DNA from: a virus
Taxonomy: Duplodnaviria > Caudoviricetes
IMG/VR virus record: IMGVR_UViG_3300027969_004220
Span: 41,622 to 105,621 of that record
Reading direction: 5' to 3' (one strand)
DNA: 64,000 bases
The translations under genes were made by a program, and so were the position numbers. The notes beneath the pieces were generated by a model. It searched no databases. It was not told the origin of the DNA and was given only the letters and a program-made list of their open reading frames with translations. Each line of letters opens with the position of its first letter. The stretch's first letter is position 1. Below are positions 9,573 to 17,728 of the stretch, piece by piece.

Positions 9573-11165
9573 ATGAGTTTACAAAGACAAATTACTCGAA
9601 AATTAGAAAGAGCCATTGCTGATAAAGATTGGACTTCTTTACAAGGTATTCAAAAATACCTAACAAAAATTATTACAAAACCAGACAATTTAATTCTTTG
9701 CTCTGATGCTTACAAATACTCACACCATAAATTCTATGGTGATGAAATGACCAAAATGGTTTCTTATATGGAATCTCGAGGTGGTAAATTCTCAGAAACT
9801 TTGTTCTATGGTTTACAAATCATTATCAAACAATACTTAGAAGGTATCGCTATTACCAAAGAAGAAGTTGATGAAGCAGATGATTACTTAGCATCTAAAC
9901 TAGGAGTATTCGGTAGAGACGATGTATTCGACCGTTCTAAATTTGATTACATTGTTGATAAATATGATGGTAAATTACCTATCAGTATTAAAGCAGTTCC
10001 AGAGGGAACTGTTGTAAATACAAAGAATGTACTTTTCATCATTGAAAGTTTAGACGAGAAATGTGCTTGGATAACAAACTTCTTAGAAAGTATCTTACTT
10101 CAAGTTTGGTATCCAATTACTGTTGCCACTCTTTCAAGAGAAGTTAGAAAAATTGTAACCAATTCATTTTTAGATTCTACTTCTTATGATGATAAAACAA
10201 TCAATTTCTTAGTTGATTTTGTTTTAAATGACTTTGGTTTCAGAGGTGTATCTTCTGTACAATCAGCGAAAATTGGTGGGTCTGCACATCTTGTCAACTT
10301 CTTAGGTTCTGACACTGTAATCGCTTCTAAATTGATTAGAGACGTATATAATACTGAACGAATCTACGGATTATCAATTCCTGCAACCGAACACTCTATT
10401 ATGACACTTAAAGGCGAAGAAGGAGAGTTAGAACTAATGATGCGAGTTTTAAAAACATTCCCAACTGGATTAGTTGCTTGTGTATCAGATTCATACAATA
10501 TCTTTAGAGCTTGTTCTGAATATTGGGGAACTGAGTTAAGAGATTTAGTTCTTTCAAGACCAACAACACCTGGTAATCAATTAGTTATTAGACCTGACTC
10601 TGGTCACGTTTTAAGAACTTTAAAAGAAATCTTTGATATTCTATTTGATAAGTTTGGTTATACTGTAAATGAAAAAGGTTATAAAGTTCTTCCACCACAA
10701 ATTAGAGTAATTCAAGGTGATGGTGTGAATTTAGAATCAATTGGTGAAATCTATATGATGTTAAAATCAGAAGGTATCTCTCCAGAGAACTTAGCATTGG
10801 GTATGGGTGGTAAATTATTACAAGCTGATATAAATCGTGATACAAATAACTTCGCAACCAAAGCATGTTTCGCAATTGTTGATGGTCAAGAAAGAAATGT
10901 AGTTAAATCTCCTACAGAAATGGATGCAGATGGTAACATTACAAAATCTTTCAAAAAATCTAAACAAGGTCGTTTGAAACTTGTTAAAAATGATGATGGT
11001 ACTTACAGAACTGTTACATCAATGGATGCAGACTTTGATACTGTTAAAGATGAGTTAGTTGAAGTATTTAGAATGGGTAACATCACAAAAGAGTGGAACT
11101 TTGATGAAATTAGACAAAGAGCTGCTGTTTTAGTAGAACAAGAATTAGAAGAATTGATAGCATAA
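9573..11165 (+). CDS. nadV: nicotinamide phosphoribosyltransferase (NAMPT)
   Basis: SDAYKYSH, DFGFRG, SIPATEHS, VSDSY, VIRPDSG, IQGDG, GMGGKLLQ motifs. Confidence 0.95.
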   Translation: MSLQRQITRKLERAIADKDWTSLQGIQKYLTKIITKPDNLILCSDAYKYSHHKFYGDEMTKMVSYMESRGGKFSETLFYGLQIIIKQYLEGIAITKEEVDEADDYLASKLGVFGRDDVFDRSKFDYIVDKYDGKLPISIKAVPEGTVVNTKNVLFIIESLDEKCAWITNFLESILLQVWYPITVATLSREVRKIVTNSFLDSTSYDDKTINFLVDFVLNDFGFRGVSSVQSAKIGGSAHLVNFLGSDTVIASKLIRDVYNTERIYGLSIPATEHSIMTLKGEEGELELMMRVLKTFPTGLVACVSDSYNIFRACSEYWGTELRDLVLSRPTTPGNQLVIRPDSGHVLRTLKEIFDILFDKFGYTVNEKGYKVLPPQIRVIQGDGVNLESIGEIYMMLKSEGISPENLALGMGGKLLQADINRDTNNFATKACFAIVDGQERNVVKSPTEMDADGNITKSFKKSKQGRLKLVKNDDGTYRTVTSMDADFDTVKDELVEVFRMGNITKEWNFDEIRQRAAVLVEQELEELIA

Positions 11166-11491
11166 TGATTAGAGTTAGTCTATCAGAACATAGTATTCAA
11201 CAAGGGTACAAAAGATTACAGATCAATTCTGATGAATTATCTATAATATGTCACAATGCTATTTCAGATGGCATACCTAAAGAAAAAGTTCGTACATTAC
11301 TAAGGAATAAAATTAAAAGAGTTACAAATAATACTCTAATAAATGGATGTCAGAACCCATTTATTAGAGTTTATGATAAAAAAATATTTATATTTAACCA
11401 TTCTTCTAGTACTAAATATAAAGATTATAAACTAATAACATTCTTTAAAATTGATATGTCGGATAATTTATATTATTCAATGATAAAATAA
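11165..11491 (+). CDS. hypothetical protein
   Basis: 108 aa ORF in operon. Confidence 0.5.
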   Translation: MIRVSLSEHSIQQGYKRLQINSDELSIICHNAISDGIPKEKVRTLLRNKIKRVTNNTLINGCQNPFIRVYDKKIFIFNHSSSTKYKDYKLITFFKIDMSDNLYYSMIK

Positions 11492-11502
11492 ATAAAAATA
11501 AT

Positions 11503-12132
11503 ATGGAAGAAAGAAAAACACTTGGATTGTCACCACTTATAATAGTTGAACCAGATCCTACTCTTATAGAATACTACAGAATTGCAAAACATTTTGAAGT
11601 AAGTGATATGCTTGTAAGTAAAACAGAAGATGGTGAGTGGTTATACATTCAAAGTAATTTAGATCAAAATATATTCTTGTTGAAGAAGTTGGATGATATG
11701 GGATTACTTACAGATTCTGGAAAGATATGTGATTGTGGTATTGGATTAGGAACTGCGATTTTTGATATTTATCTTCAATCAAAAAAAATTGAAAAGAATT
11801 ATTCTTTTGTAGGGATAGAGAAACAATCTAAATATGTAAATTATCTTAATGAAAATCTTTTAGATTATTGGAATAATGATTTACAAATAGTAGAAGGTGA
11901 TTTAATGGATCAAAAATATGATGATTATAATATCATATATTGTTACACACCTTTTAGAGATATAGAAAAACTTAAAACTTTCTATTTAAAAGTAATAGAA
12001 GAAATGCAACCAGGTTCTATTCTTATTGAGAATAAAAATTATGGATTGGGAGAAAGAGATATTCTTACTTCTTTATCAGATAAATTATCTGAAATAGAGT
12101 TAGATGGAATAACAGTATTTAAGAAATTATGA
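11503..12132 (+). CDS. class I SAM-dependent methyltransferase
   Basis: ICDCGIGLG motif I, GIEK, EGDL, YCYTPF. Confidence 0.75.
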   Translation: MEERKTLGLSPLIIVEPDPTLIEYYRIAKHFEVSDMLVSKTEDGEWLYIQSNLDQNIFLLKKLDDMGLLTDSGKICDCGIGLGTAIFDIYLQSKKIEKNYSFVGIEKQSKYVNYLNENLLDYWNNDLQIVEGDLMDQKYDDYNIIYCYTPFRDIEKLKTFYLKVIEEMQPGSILIENKNYGLGERDILTSLSDKLSEIELDGITVFKKL

Positions 12133-12461
12133 GTAAATGTAAAGTAGTACATTTTAGAAAAGCACCTTATGATATAATGATAGATAGGACAACCAAATGG
12201 GGTTGTCCTTTCTCTCATATAAGAGATAGAAAAACAAAAGCTAAGTTCCTTGTAAACTCAAGGAAAGAAGCTATTGAAGCTTATAAAGAATGGATTACAA
12301 ATGGAGAAGGTAAACATTTATTGAATGATCTACACGAGTTAAAAGGTAAAACATTAGGCTGTTGGTGTAAAGATGTTGATGGTAAAGGAAAATCTTGTCA
12401 CGGTGACGTACTAGTTGAATTAGTAAATGATATGTTTAGAACAGATGGGTTTACTATTTAG
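12129..12461 (+). CDS. DUF4326 family protein
   Basis: IDRTTKWGCPF...LKGKTLGCWC...CHGDVL. Confidence 0.85.
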   Translation: MSKCKVVHFRKAPYDIMIDRTTKWGCPFSHIRDRKTKAKFLVNSRKEAIEAYKEWITNGEGKHLLNDLHELKGKTLGCWCKDVDGKGKSCHGDVLVELVNDMFRTDGFTI

Positions 12462-12930
12462 GTAAACCAACAACAAAACTAATTGATCTCAATTTTTTAC
12501 CTTCAAGAAGAGCACCATCAAGTAATTCTTTAGTTTTAAATCTACTATTAGTTCCAGTGGCAAATTCTAAACCGAAACAGTATTTAATAGTAGATCTAGG
12601 ATCTATCTTCAAAAGGTTATAATTATCTATTAGATATTTTACAAATGGTATAAATCTATCTGATACTTCCTCCCATAAAAATATTCCAAAGATAGGATTT
12701 ATATCAGTTTTATAAAAACTTACTCTAAAATAATTTGTTTGATAACCTAATTCCGGATAATCTTTATTACCAACAGATGGCCATGAATCACTGGCATTAT
12801 GTTCTCGTATCTCTATTTCAAAACCTTCATCTAAAAGGTAAGCTAAATACATTTCACAGAAGTCTTGTAATTCCTCTTTTTGTAGTTTAAGTTCTTCTCG
12901 ACTTTCGTTAAATCTTTTTAAATGTTTCAT
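12454..12930 (-). CDS. tandem paralog family member (MKHLKRFNES...LAYLLDEGF)
   Basis: shared N-terminal and core motif with three neighbours. Confidence 0.75.
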   Translation of the reverse strand: MKHLKRFNESREELKLQKEELQDFCEMYLAYLLDEGFEIEIREHNASDSWPSVGNKDYPELGYQTNYFRVSFYKTDINPIFGIFLWEEVSDRFIPFVKYLIDNYNLLKIDPRSTIKYCFGLEFATGTNSRFKTKELLDGALLEGKKLRSISFVVGLPK

Positions 12931-12933
12931 AAT

Positions 12934-13371
12934 TTATTTAATAGTAACCATAAAGTATACCTCTCTTAATTGTTTTGTATCCAAAGCATTATGTCTTTCT
13001 TCAAGAAGTCCTTTAGTTTGATACATTATACTATGCCATCTATAATCTACAAATTTTATATCTGTCTTTCTGTGGTAAGGTACAGTTGAACTTGGATCTA
13101 CTTTTTCTAAGTTATAATTATCTTTTAGAAATTTAAGAAATGGTAAAAAGTGATTTATTATATCTTGCCATAAAAAAATAGATTTATCTTGTTTTACTAA
13201 AGAAACTTGAAAAGGTGTTACACCCGCCGCTAGTTCAGCTCCTCCATAAATCTTCAACTCAAATCCTTCATCTAAAAGATAAGCTAAATATGTTTCACAG
13301 AAATCACGTAACTCTTCTCTCTGTAAAGTAAGTTCTTCTTGACTTTCATTAAATCTTTTTAAATATCTCAT
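12934..13371 (-). CDS. tandem paralog family member
   Basis: MRYLKRFNES...FCETYLAYLLDEGF. Confidence 0.75.
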   Translation of the reverse strand: MRYLKRFNESQEELTLQREELRDFCETYLAYLLDEGFELKIYGGAELAAGVTPFQVSLVKQDKSIFLWQDIINHFLPFLKFLKDNYNLEKVDPSSTVPYHRKTDIKFVDYRWHSIMYQTKGLLEERHNALDTKQLREVYFMVTIK

Positions 13372-13862
13372 AAACTATCATCGTTTATTTTAAATGTTAT
13401 TCTAGAAAGATCCCAATATATATTAACATTATCTAAAGTACTAATATACTCAGATTTTAAATCCATACCATTTGATGAAGTGAAATTTATATAATTAGTA
13501 GCTAATTTATAACTCTTTTGTATTCTTAATATAAATGGTATATAATGATCTTTTATATCATCCCACTTAAAATAAGAAGTATGAACACCGTTTTGATTTG
13601 TAGTTAAACTTTTTCTAAGAATAATATAGTAACCTCCACTACGTGGTTGTATATCAATAAAAAATCCTTCATCTATTAGATAAGCTAGATTCATTTCACA
13701 ATAATCTTTTAACATTGCGGTATCATACTCAGCTTTTACCATTTTATATTGTTTATCATCAACAGGTATCATATCTAAATTCTCTTCTGTCCAAGCCAAT
13801 ACTTCTGGGTCAAAATCTAAGGATTCATTAAACTTTTTTAAATGTCTCATACCATTACTCAT
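13368..13862 (-). CDS. tandem paralog family member
   Basis: MRHLKKFNES...YCEMNLAYLIDEGF; alternative start at 13850. Confidence 0.75.
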   Translation of the reverse strand: MSNGMRHLKKFNESLDFDPEVLAWTEENLDMIPVDDKQYKMVKAEYDTAMLKDYCEMNLAYLIDEGFFIDIQPRSGGYYIILRKSLTTNQNGVHTSYFKWDDIKDHYIPFILRIQKSYKLATNYINFTSSNGMDLKSEYISTLDNVNIYWDLSRITFKINDDSL

Positions 13863-14316
13863 CTTTTATATAAACATTTATTTGCCATATATTATAAAGT
13901 TCAAGATTATCTAAGTCTTTAATATTCACAATTTTATAATACGGTAAATAACCCTTCTCTTTCTTGTGAGGTACTTGATAAATAATCTCTACAGATTGAT
14001 AATCAAAAAAATTATTAGTTTCTTTAGAATAACCTATTATTTTAGATTTATTATTTAAGTGTGTTAAAAATGGTATATAATGATCCTCTATATCCTTCCA
14101 ATCAAAACCTGGTGAACCCCAGGCCCCCTTGTGTATAGAGTCAGTCACTAGGCTTATTTTATAAACCCAGTAATCTTCACCATCTTTTATTCCACACACA
14201 CTATCTACTTTAAGACTGAATTGTGGATCATCAAGCAGATAAGCTAAATTTACTTCACAAAACTCTTTTAACTGGTCTTCACCTAAACTTTCATTAAATC
14301 TTTTTAAATGTCTCAT
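13855..14316 (-). CDS. tandem paralog family member
   Basis: MRHLKRFNES...FCEVNLAYLLDD. Confidence 0.75.
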   Translation of the reverse strand: MRHLKRFNESLGEDQLKEFCEVNLAYLLDDPQFSLKVDSVCGIKDGEDYWVYKISLVTDSIHKGAWGSPGFDWKDIEDHYIPFLTHLNNKSKIIGYSKETNNFFDYQSVEIIYQVPHKKEKGYLPYYKIVNIKDLDNLELYNIWQINVYIKDE

Positions 14317-14372
14317 AATCTATATATAAAAACATTTGACTAATAAAATCATATAATAAGAAAAAACTTTTT

Positions 14373-15026
14373 ATGGAATTATTCATGTTTGATATAGAAA
14401 CGGCCGGACAATATAAAGACTTTACAGAATTTGAAAAAAATGATGAACGTGGTTCAAACCTTTTTAAAGGCAAATACCAAAAAATGGGTTGGGAAGAAAA
14501 ATACGGAAACATATACGAAGCTTATTTAGATAATGCAGGTATTGTACCAACTTATGGTAGAATAGTTTGTATCTCATTTGGTTACTTAGATAACGGTCAA
14601 GAAAGAATCTCAAGTTTCTACGGAGACGATGAAAAAGAAATTGTAGAGAAATTTAATAACCTACTTAAAAAGATTGAGAAGAAAGATTTTAATTTATCTG
14701 GATTTAGAATAGCTTATTTTGATATTCCTTGGGTAGCTCATAAGTTAGCTAAGTATGGTATTAAACCAGCTGATATAATTACCACTTATAATAAGAAACC
14801 TTGGGAAATGAGAATCACTGATATGTCTGATGATTGGAAGTCAAAATTTGCTTGGGCATTCTCATTTGATGAGATGTGTTATGAGTTGGGAATTGAATCT
14901 CCAAAGGATAATATGAATGGTGGAGACGTACATGATGCTTACTGGGAAGGTAGAGTTGAAGAGGTAAAAATCTACTGTGAGAAAGACGTAAAAGCCTCAA
15001 TTAAAGTATCTCAGGTTATTTATTAA
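14373..15026 (+). CDS. PolB-related 3'-5' exonuclease (DEDD)
   Basis: FDIET, GRIVCIS, FDIPW, YCEKDV. Confidence 0.85.
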   Translation: MELFMFDIETAGQYKDFTEFEKNDERGSNLFKGKYQKMGWEEKYGNIYEAYLDNAGIVPTYGRIVCISFGYLDNGQERISSFYGDDEKEIVEKFNNLLKKIEKKDFNLSGFRIAYFDIPWVAHKLAKYGIKPADIITTYNKKPWEMRITDMSDDWKSKFAWAFSFDEMCYELGIESPKDNMNGGDVHDAYWEGRVEEVKIYCEKDVKASIKVSQVIY

Positions 15027-15076
15027 AAAACTTCAAAAATAAGGTTTTTTGATATATTTTTATGATATATAGTTTT

Positions 15077-15409
15077 ATGGAAAACCTCACTATCACGTAC
15101 ATAAAGACACATGGACAAACTTTGGAAATGTGGTCCGCAATAGATACAAAAAACAACCTTTCGGTAGGTCATATTTGTATGAATGTAGAGAAAGACAACA
15201 GGATAAAATTCCTAGATGCTTGGGTTCATGATGATTATCGCAGAAGAGGAATTTATAGACTTCTATGGGAAACCAGATGGAAATATGTAAATGAAGAATA
15301 TAAAGGTTATACTATATATGCTTGGTGTAAAGAAACATCATTACCATTACTTTTAGAGAAGGAATTCACTCCAGGTGAAATAGTTACCTATGTTGAGAAA
15401 AAAATTTAA
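15077..15409 (+). CDS. GNAT acetyltransferase
   Basis: WVHDDYRRRGIY acetyl-CoA binding motif A. Confidence 0.75.
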   Translation: MENLTITYIKTHGQTLEMWSAIDTKNNLSVGHICMNVEKDNRIKFLDAWVHDDYRRRGIYRLLWETRWKYVNEEYKGYTIYAWCKETSLPLLLEKEFTPGEIVTYVEKKI

Positions 15410-15438
15410 ACTTTTTATAAAATAAAAATATAAGTTGC

Positions 15439-15624
15439 ATGATGAGACCCTTAAAATCAGTAGCTAAGTACTACTCAAAAGGATTTTTTTTAGCATACGG
15501 TTTATTAGCAGTAATAAATCTACCAGAGTTTAACTTCTCTACATTAGCGGAACAGTCACTTATTTTTGGTATAGGTATGGCACTTCTAATTCATGCATTT
15601 GAAGACTTCTATAAAACAAAATAA
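15439..15624 (+). CDS. small membrane protein
   Basis: two hydrophobic segments. Confidence 0.5.
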   Translation: MMRPLKSVAKYYSKGFFLAYGLLAVINLPEFNFSTLAEQSLIFGIGMALLIHAFEDFYKTK

Positions 15625-15627
15625 ATT

Positions 15628-15807
15628 ATGGCAAATAAAGACAGAAACTTTATAATTAGAATCTCTGAAAAACTATTAGAAGATTTTCAAGAGTTCTGTG
15701 ATGATAATTCAATGAATGCTTCTAAAAGAATTAGAAAGTATATTGAGAATGATGTAGAAGCTTGGAAGAAAAGAAAATTACAACAACAACAAAATAATCA
15801 AAAATAA
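15628..15807 (+). CDS. ribbon-helix-helix DNA-binding protein (not in ORF track)
   Basis: MANKDRNFIIRISEKLLEDFQEFCDDNSMNASKRIRKYIE... (59 aa), Arc/CopG-like pattern. Confidence 0.65.
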   Translation: MANKDRNFIIRISEKLLEDFQEFCDDNSMNASKRIRKYIENDVEAWKKRKLQQQQNNQK

Positions 15808-15916
15808 ATTAGGTACTACAAAATTTATTCGTATCTTTGTCATCTAATAAAAATAAAGATATGTTTATACTAGTCGGGTACCTTATTTGGGGCAATAAAG
15901 AATAAAAACAAAAAAA

Positions 15917-16000
15917 TTAGGTAGATAAGTAAACTTTTATTACTTTTGTACTATAAAAATAACAAATAAACAAAAAGAGAGAATAAACTTTTAATATATA
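15917..16000 (+). promoter_or_regulatory. tRNA array 1 promoter block (Bacteroidota-type -33/-7 boxes plus TAATATATA motif)
   Basis: TTAG 15917, 20-nt spacer, TACTTTTG 15941-15948; block repeated upstream of arrays 2 and 3. Confidence 0.7.
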
Positions 16001-16005
16001 CAATA

Positions 16006-16110
16006 ATGAAAACAACTAATCTAAATATTAACTTAACGCTGAATGTCTTATGTCTAAGACAAAGACCGGGTTTTGCCTTATTTAGAGCAACTGATTTTGA
16101 TGGTGTGTAA
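16006..16110 (+). CDS. putative attenuator leader peptide 1 (Leu/Arg-rich)
   Basis: MKTTNLNINLTLNVLCLRQRPGFALFRATDFDGV*; 6 Leu, 3 Arg(AGA); upstream of a terminator and Leu/Arg tRNAs. Confidence 0.8.
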   Translation: MKTTNLNINLTLNVLCLRQRPGFALFRATDFDGV

Positions 16111-16137
16111 TCATTAAATTCAAACTAAATATACAAA

Positions 16138-16171
16138 CAAAACCCGAAATTTAAAAGTTTCGGGTTTTTTT
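16138..16171 (+). terminator. attenuator terminator 1
   Basis: aaacccgaaa-tttaaaag-tttcgggttt followed by T-run. Confidence 0.85.
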
Positions 16172-16190
16172 GTGGAAAAAAATAAATAAT

Positions 16191-16264
16191 GGCCCCGTAG
16201 CTCAGCTGGATAGAGCAACTCACTTCTAATGAGTAGGTCACAGGTTCGAATCCTGTCGGGGTCA
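16191..16264 (+). tRNA. tRNA-Arg(TCT)
   Basis: canonical cloverleaf, ACTCA-CTTCTAA-TGAGT, TTCGAAT T-loop. Confidence 0.95.
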
Positions 16265-16279
16265 CAAAAATAATCACCT

Positions 16280-16349
16280 GTCGGGGTGGTGGAATGGTAG
16301 ACACGCAGCACTTAAAATGCTGTGCTCCAGAAGAGTCCCTTTCCCGATA
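16280..16349 (+). pseudogene. tRNA-Leu(TAA) with T-arm deletion
   Basis: acceptor, D and anticodon arms intact (CAGCA-CTTAAAA-TGCTG); 5' half of T-arm missing. Confidence 0.75.
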
Positions 16350-16357
16350 CAAAAAAT

Positions 16358-16444
16358 GCGTCTGTGGTGAAATTGGTAGTACACGCTGGGTTTAAGCCCC
16401 AGTGGTCAGGAATGATCGTGAGGGTTCGACTCCCTCCAGACGTA
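16358..16444 (+). tRNA. tRNA-Leu(TAA)
   Basis: class II cloverleaf, CTGGG-TTTAAGC-CCCAG. Confidence 0.9.
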
Positions 16445-16453
16445 CAAAAATAT

Positions 16454-16534
16454 GCCTCAGTAGTCCCAGTTGTCTTCTAAACAACTACGGGTAATTGGAA
16501 ACTGAAAATGTAGGTTCGAATCCTATCTGGGGTA
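16454..16534 (+). tRNA. atypical tRNA-Arg(TCT)-like RNA lacking a D-arm at the normal position
   Basis: acceptor GCCTCAG/CTGGGGT, AGTTGT-CTTCTAA-ACAACT, T-arm GTAGG-TTCGAAT-CCTAT. Confidence 0.7.
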
Positions 16535-16545
16535 CTAATACACAA

Positions 16546-16628
16546 GCCGAGGTGGTGGAATGGTAGACACGCTGGTCTAAGAAGCCAGTGTCCGAAAGGA
16601 CGTGCGGGTTCGAGTCCCGCTCTCGGTA
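16546..16628 (+). tRNA. tRNA-Leu(AAG)
   Basis: class II cloverleaf, CTGGT-CTAAGAA-GCCAG. Confidence 0.9.
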
Positions 16629-16630
16629 CA

Positions 16631-16897
16631 ATGAAAGAAATAAATTATATACAGTACACATCATATACATTATTATCAAGTGGTGGTGTATTTAAGGTAA
16701 ATTCAGCAATGCCTTTACCGAATTTAGATAAACACTTGAATGAGAGTATAAACTTAATTATGTTTGTAGTTCATAATATAAAGTGTAATGATAAAGAAGT
16801 AATGTTTTATAATAGAGATCTATTTAGATTGACATATGGATCAAAAGAATGTTCTGAAATGATTATGAAAATGAAACATTCACATATATTAGAATAA
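16631..16897 (+). CDS. hypothetical protein inside tRNA array
   Basis: 88 aa ORF filling the spacer between two Leu tRNAs. Confidence 0.45.
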   Translation: MKEINYIQYTSYTLLSSGGVFKVNSAMPLPNLDKHLNESINLIMFVVHNIKCNDKEVMFYNRDLFRLTYGSKECSEMIMKMKHSHILE

Positions 16898-16898
16898 T

Positions 16899-16980
16899 GT
16901 CGGAGTGATGAAATGGTAGACGTGCTTGGCTCAAGACCGAGTGTCCAAAAGACGTGTGGGTTCGAATCCCACCTTCGATA
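16899..16980 (+). tRNA. tRNA-Leu(CAA)
   Basis: class II cloverleaf, CTTGG-CTCAAGA-CCGAG. Confidence 0.9.
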
Positions 16981-16988
16981 CAAAATAT

Positions 16989-17075
16989 ACCCCTATGAGC
17001 AAATAGGCAAAGCTTGCTGGCTTAGACCCAGTGGAAAACAATGATACATTCTCGGTTCGAGTCCGAGTAGGGGTA
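16989..17075 (+). tRNA. tRNA-Leu(TAG)
   Basis: ACCCCTA/TAGGGGT acceptor, GCTGG-CTTAGAC-CCAGT, long weakly paired variable region. Confidence 0.8.
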
Positions 17076-17095
17076 CAAAGAAAAATTAAAAAAGA

Positions 17096-17175
17096 TTAGG
17101 TAGATTAAAAAACTAATAGTATATTTGTACTATAAATAAAGATAAACAAAAAGGGACAATAAAAATTTAATATAT
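17096..17175 (+). promoter_or_regulatory. tRNA array 2 promoter block
   Basis: TTAGGTAGAT...TATATTTG (17120-17127)...AAACAAAAAG...TTTAATATATA. Confidence 0.7.
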
Positions 17176-17181
17176 AATATA

Positions 17182-17271
17182 ATGAAAACAAATACTGTAA
17201 ATATTAATGTGATTACGATTACGAATTGTGTGAATAGCACGACTTCGGGTAATGAGATATGTATGGTATAA
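17182..17271 (+). CDS. putative attenuator leader peptide 2 (Thr/Asn/Val/Ile/Cys-rich)
   Basis: MKTNTVNINVITITNCVNSTTSGNEICMV*; codons 3-18 are exclusively T, N, V, I, C. Confidence 0.8.
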   Translation: MKTNTVNINVITITNCVNSTTSGNEICMV

Positions 17272-17298
17272 AGTTAAAGTATATTATAATAAATTCAT

Positions 17299-17330
17299 AA
17301 AAACCCGAACTCAAAAAGTTTGGGTTTTTT
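17299..17330 (+). terminator. attenuator terminator 2
   Basis: aaacccgaact-caaaa-agtttgggttt plus T-run. Confidence 0.85.
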
Positions 17331-17349
17331 CATGTCAAAAAATAAATAT

Positions 17350-17420
17350 TCTTCTATAGTGAAATGGTATCACGTCTGACTGTTAATCAGTTATTCCAGG
17401 TTCGAGCCCTGGTGGAAGAG
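17350..17420 (+). tRNA. tRNA-Asn(GTT)
   Basis: cloverleaf, TCTGA-CTGTTAA-TCAGT. Confidence 0.9.
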
Positions 17421-17426
17421 CAAAAT

Positions 17427-17514
17427 TACTGGGTTGCCATAGCCAGGTCGAATGGTTCGGACTGTTAATCCGATGAGCATCGCTCCACCGTGGGTTCGAA
17501 TCCCACCCCAGTAG
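17427..17514 (+). tRNA. tRNA-Asn(GTT) with long variable arm
   Basis: TCGGA-CTGTTAA-TCCGA, variable hairpin GAGC-ATC-GCTC. Confidence 0.85.
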
Positions 17515-17523
17515 CAAATATAT

Positions 17524-17604
17524 TGGCAAATACCAGCCCAACCTGATAAGTTGGAGAACTGTAGTGGTAAGTTGAAAACGTGGGTTCGAATCCCACTTTG
17601 CCAA
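17524..17604 (+). tRNA. atypical tRNA-Ile(GAT)-like RNA lacking a D-arm at the normal position
   Basis: TGGCAAA/TTTGCCA, CCAAC-CTGATAA-GTTGG, GTGGG-TTCGAAT-CCCAC. Confidence 0.7.
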
Positions 17605-17728
17605 CAAAAAAAATAAAATAATAATTATGAAAATGAAAGAGAATTTATTAAATAGTTCGGTTAGTAGTTAAAAAAAGTGATAAAAGTGAGTTATAATTTT
17701 TTATATATACAATAAATAAAAAACTATA

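Noticed and set aside
17628-17671. Tiny ORF MKMKENLLNSSVSS before the HNH gene as a fourth leader
   Set aside because: No terminator or antiterminator follows it, and its composition does not match the downstream tRNAs.
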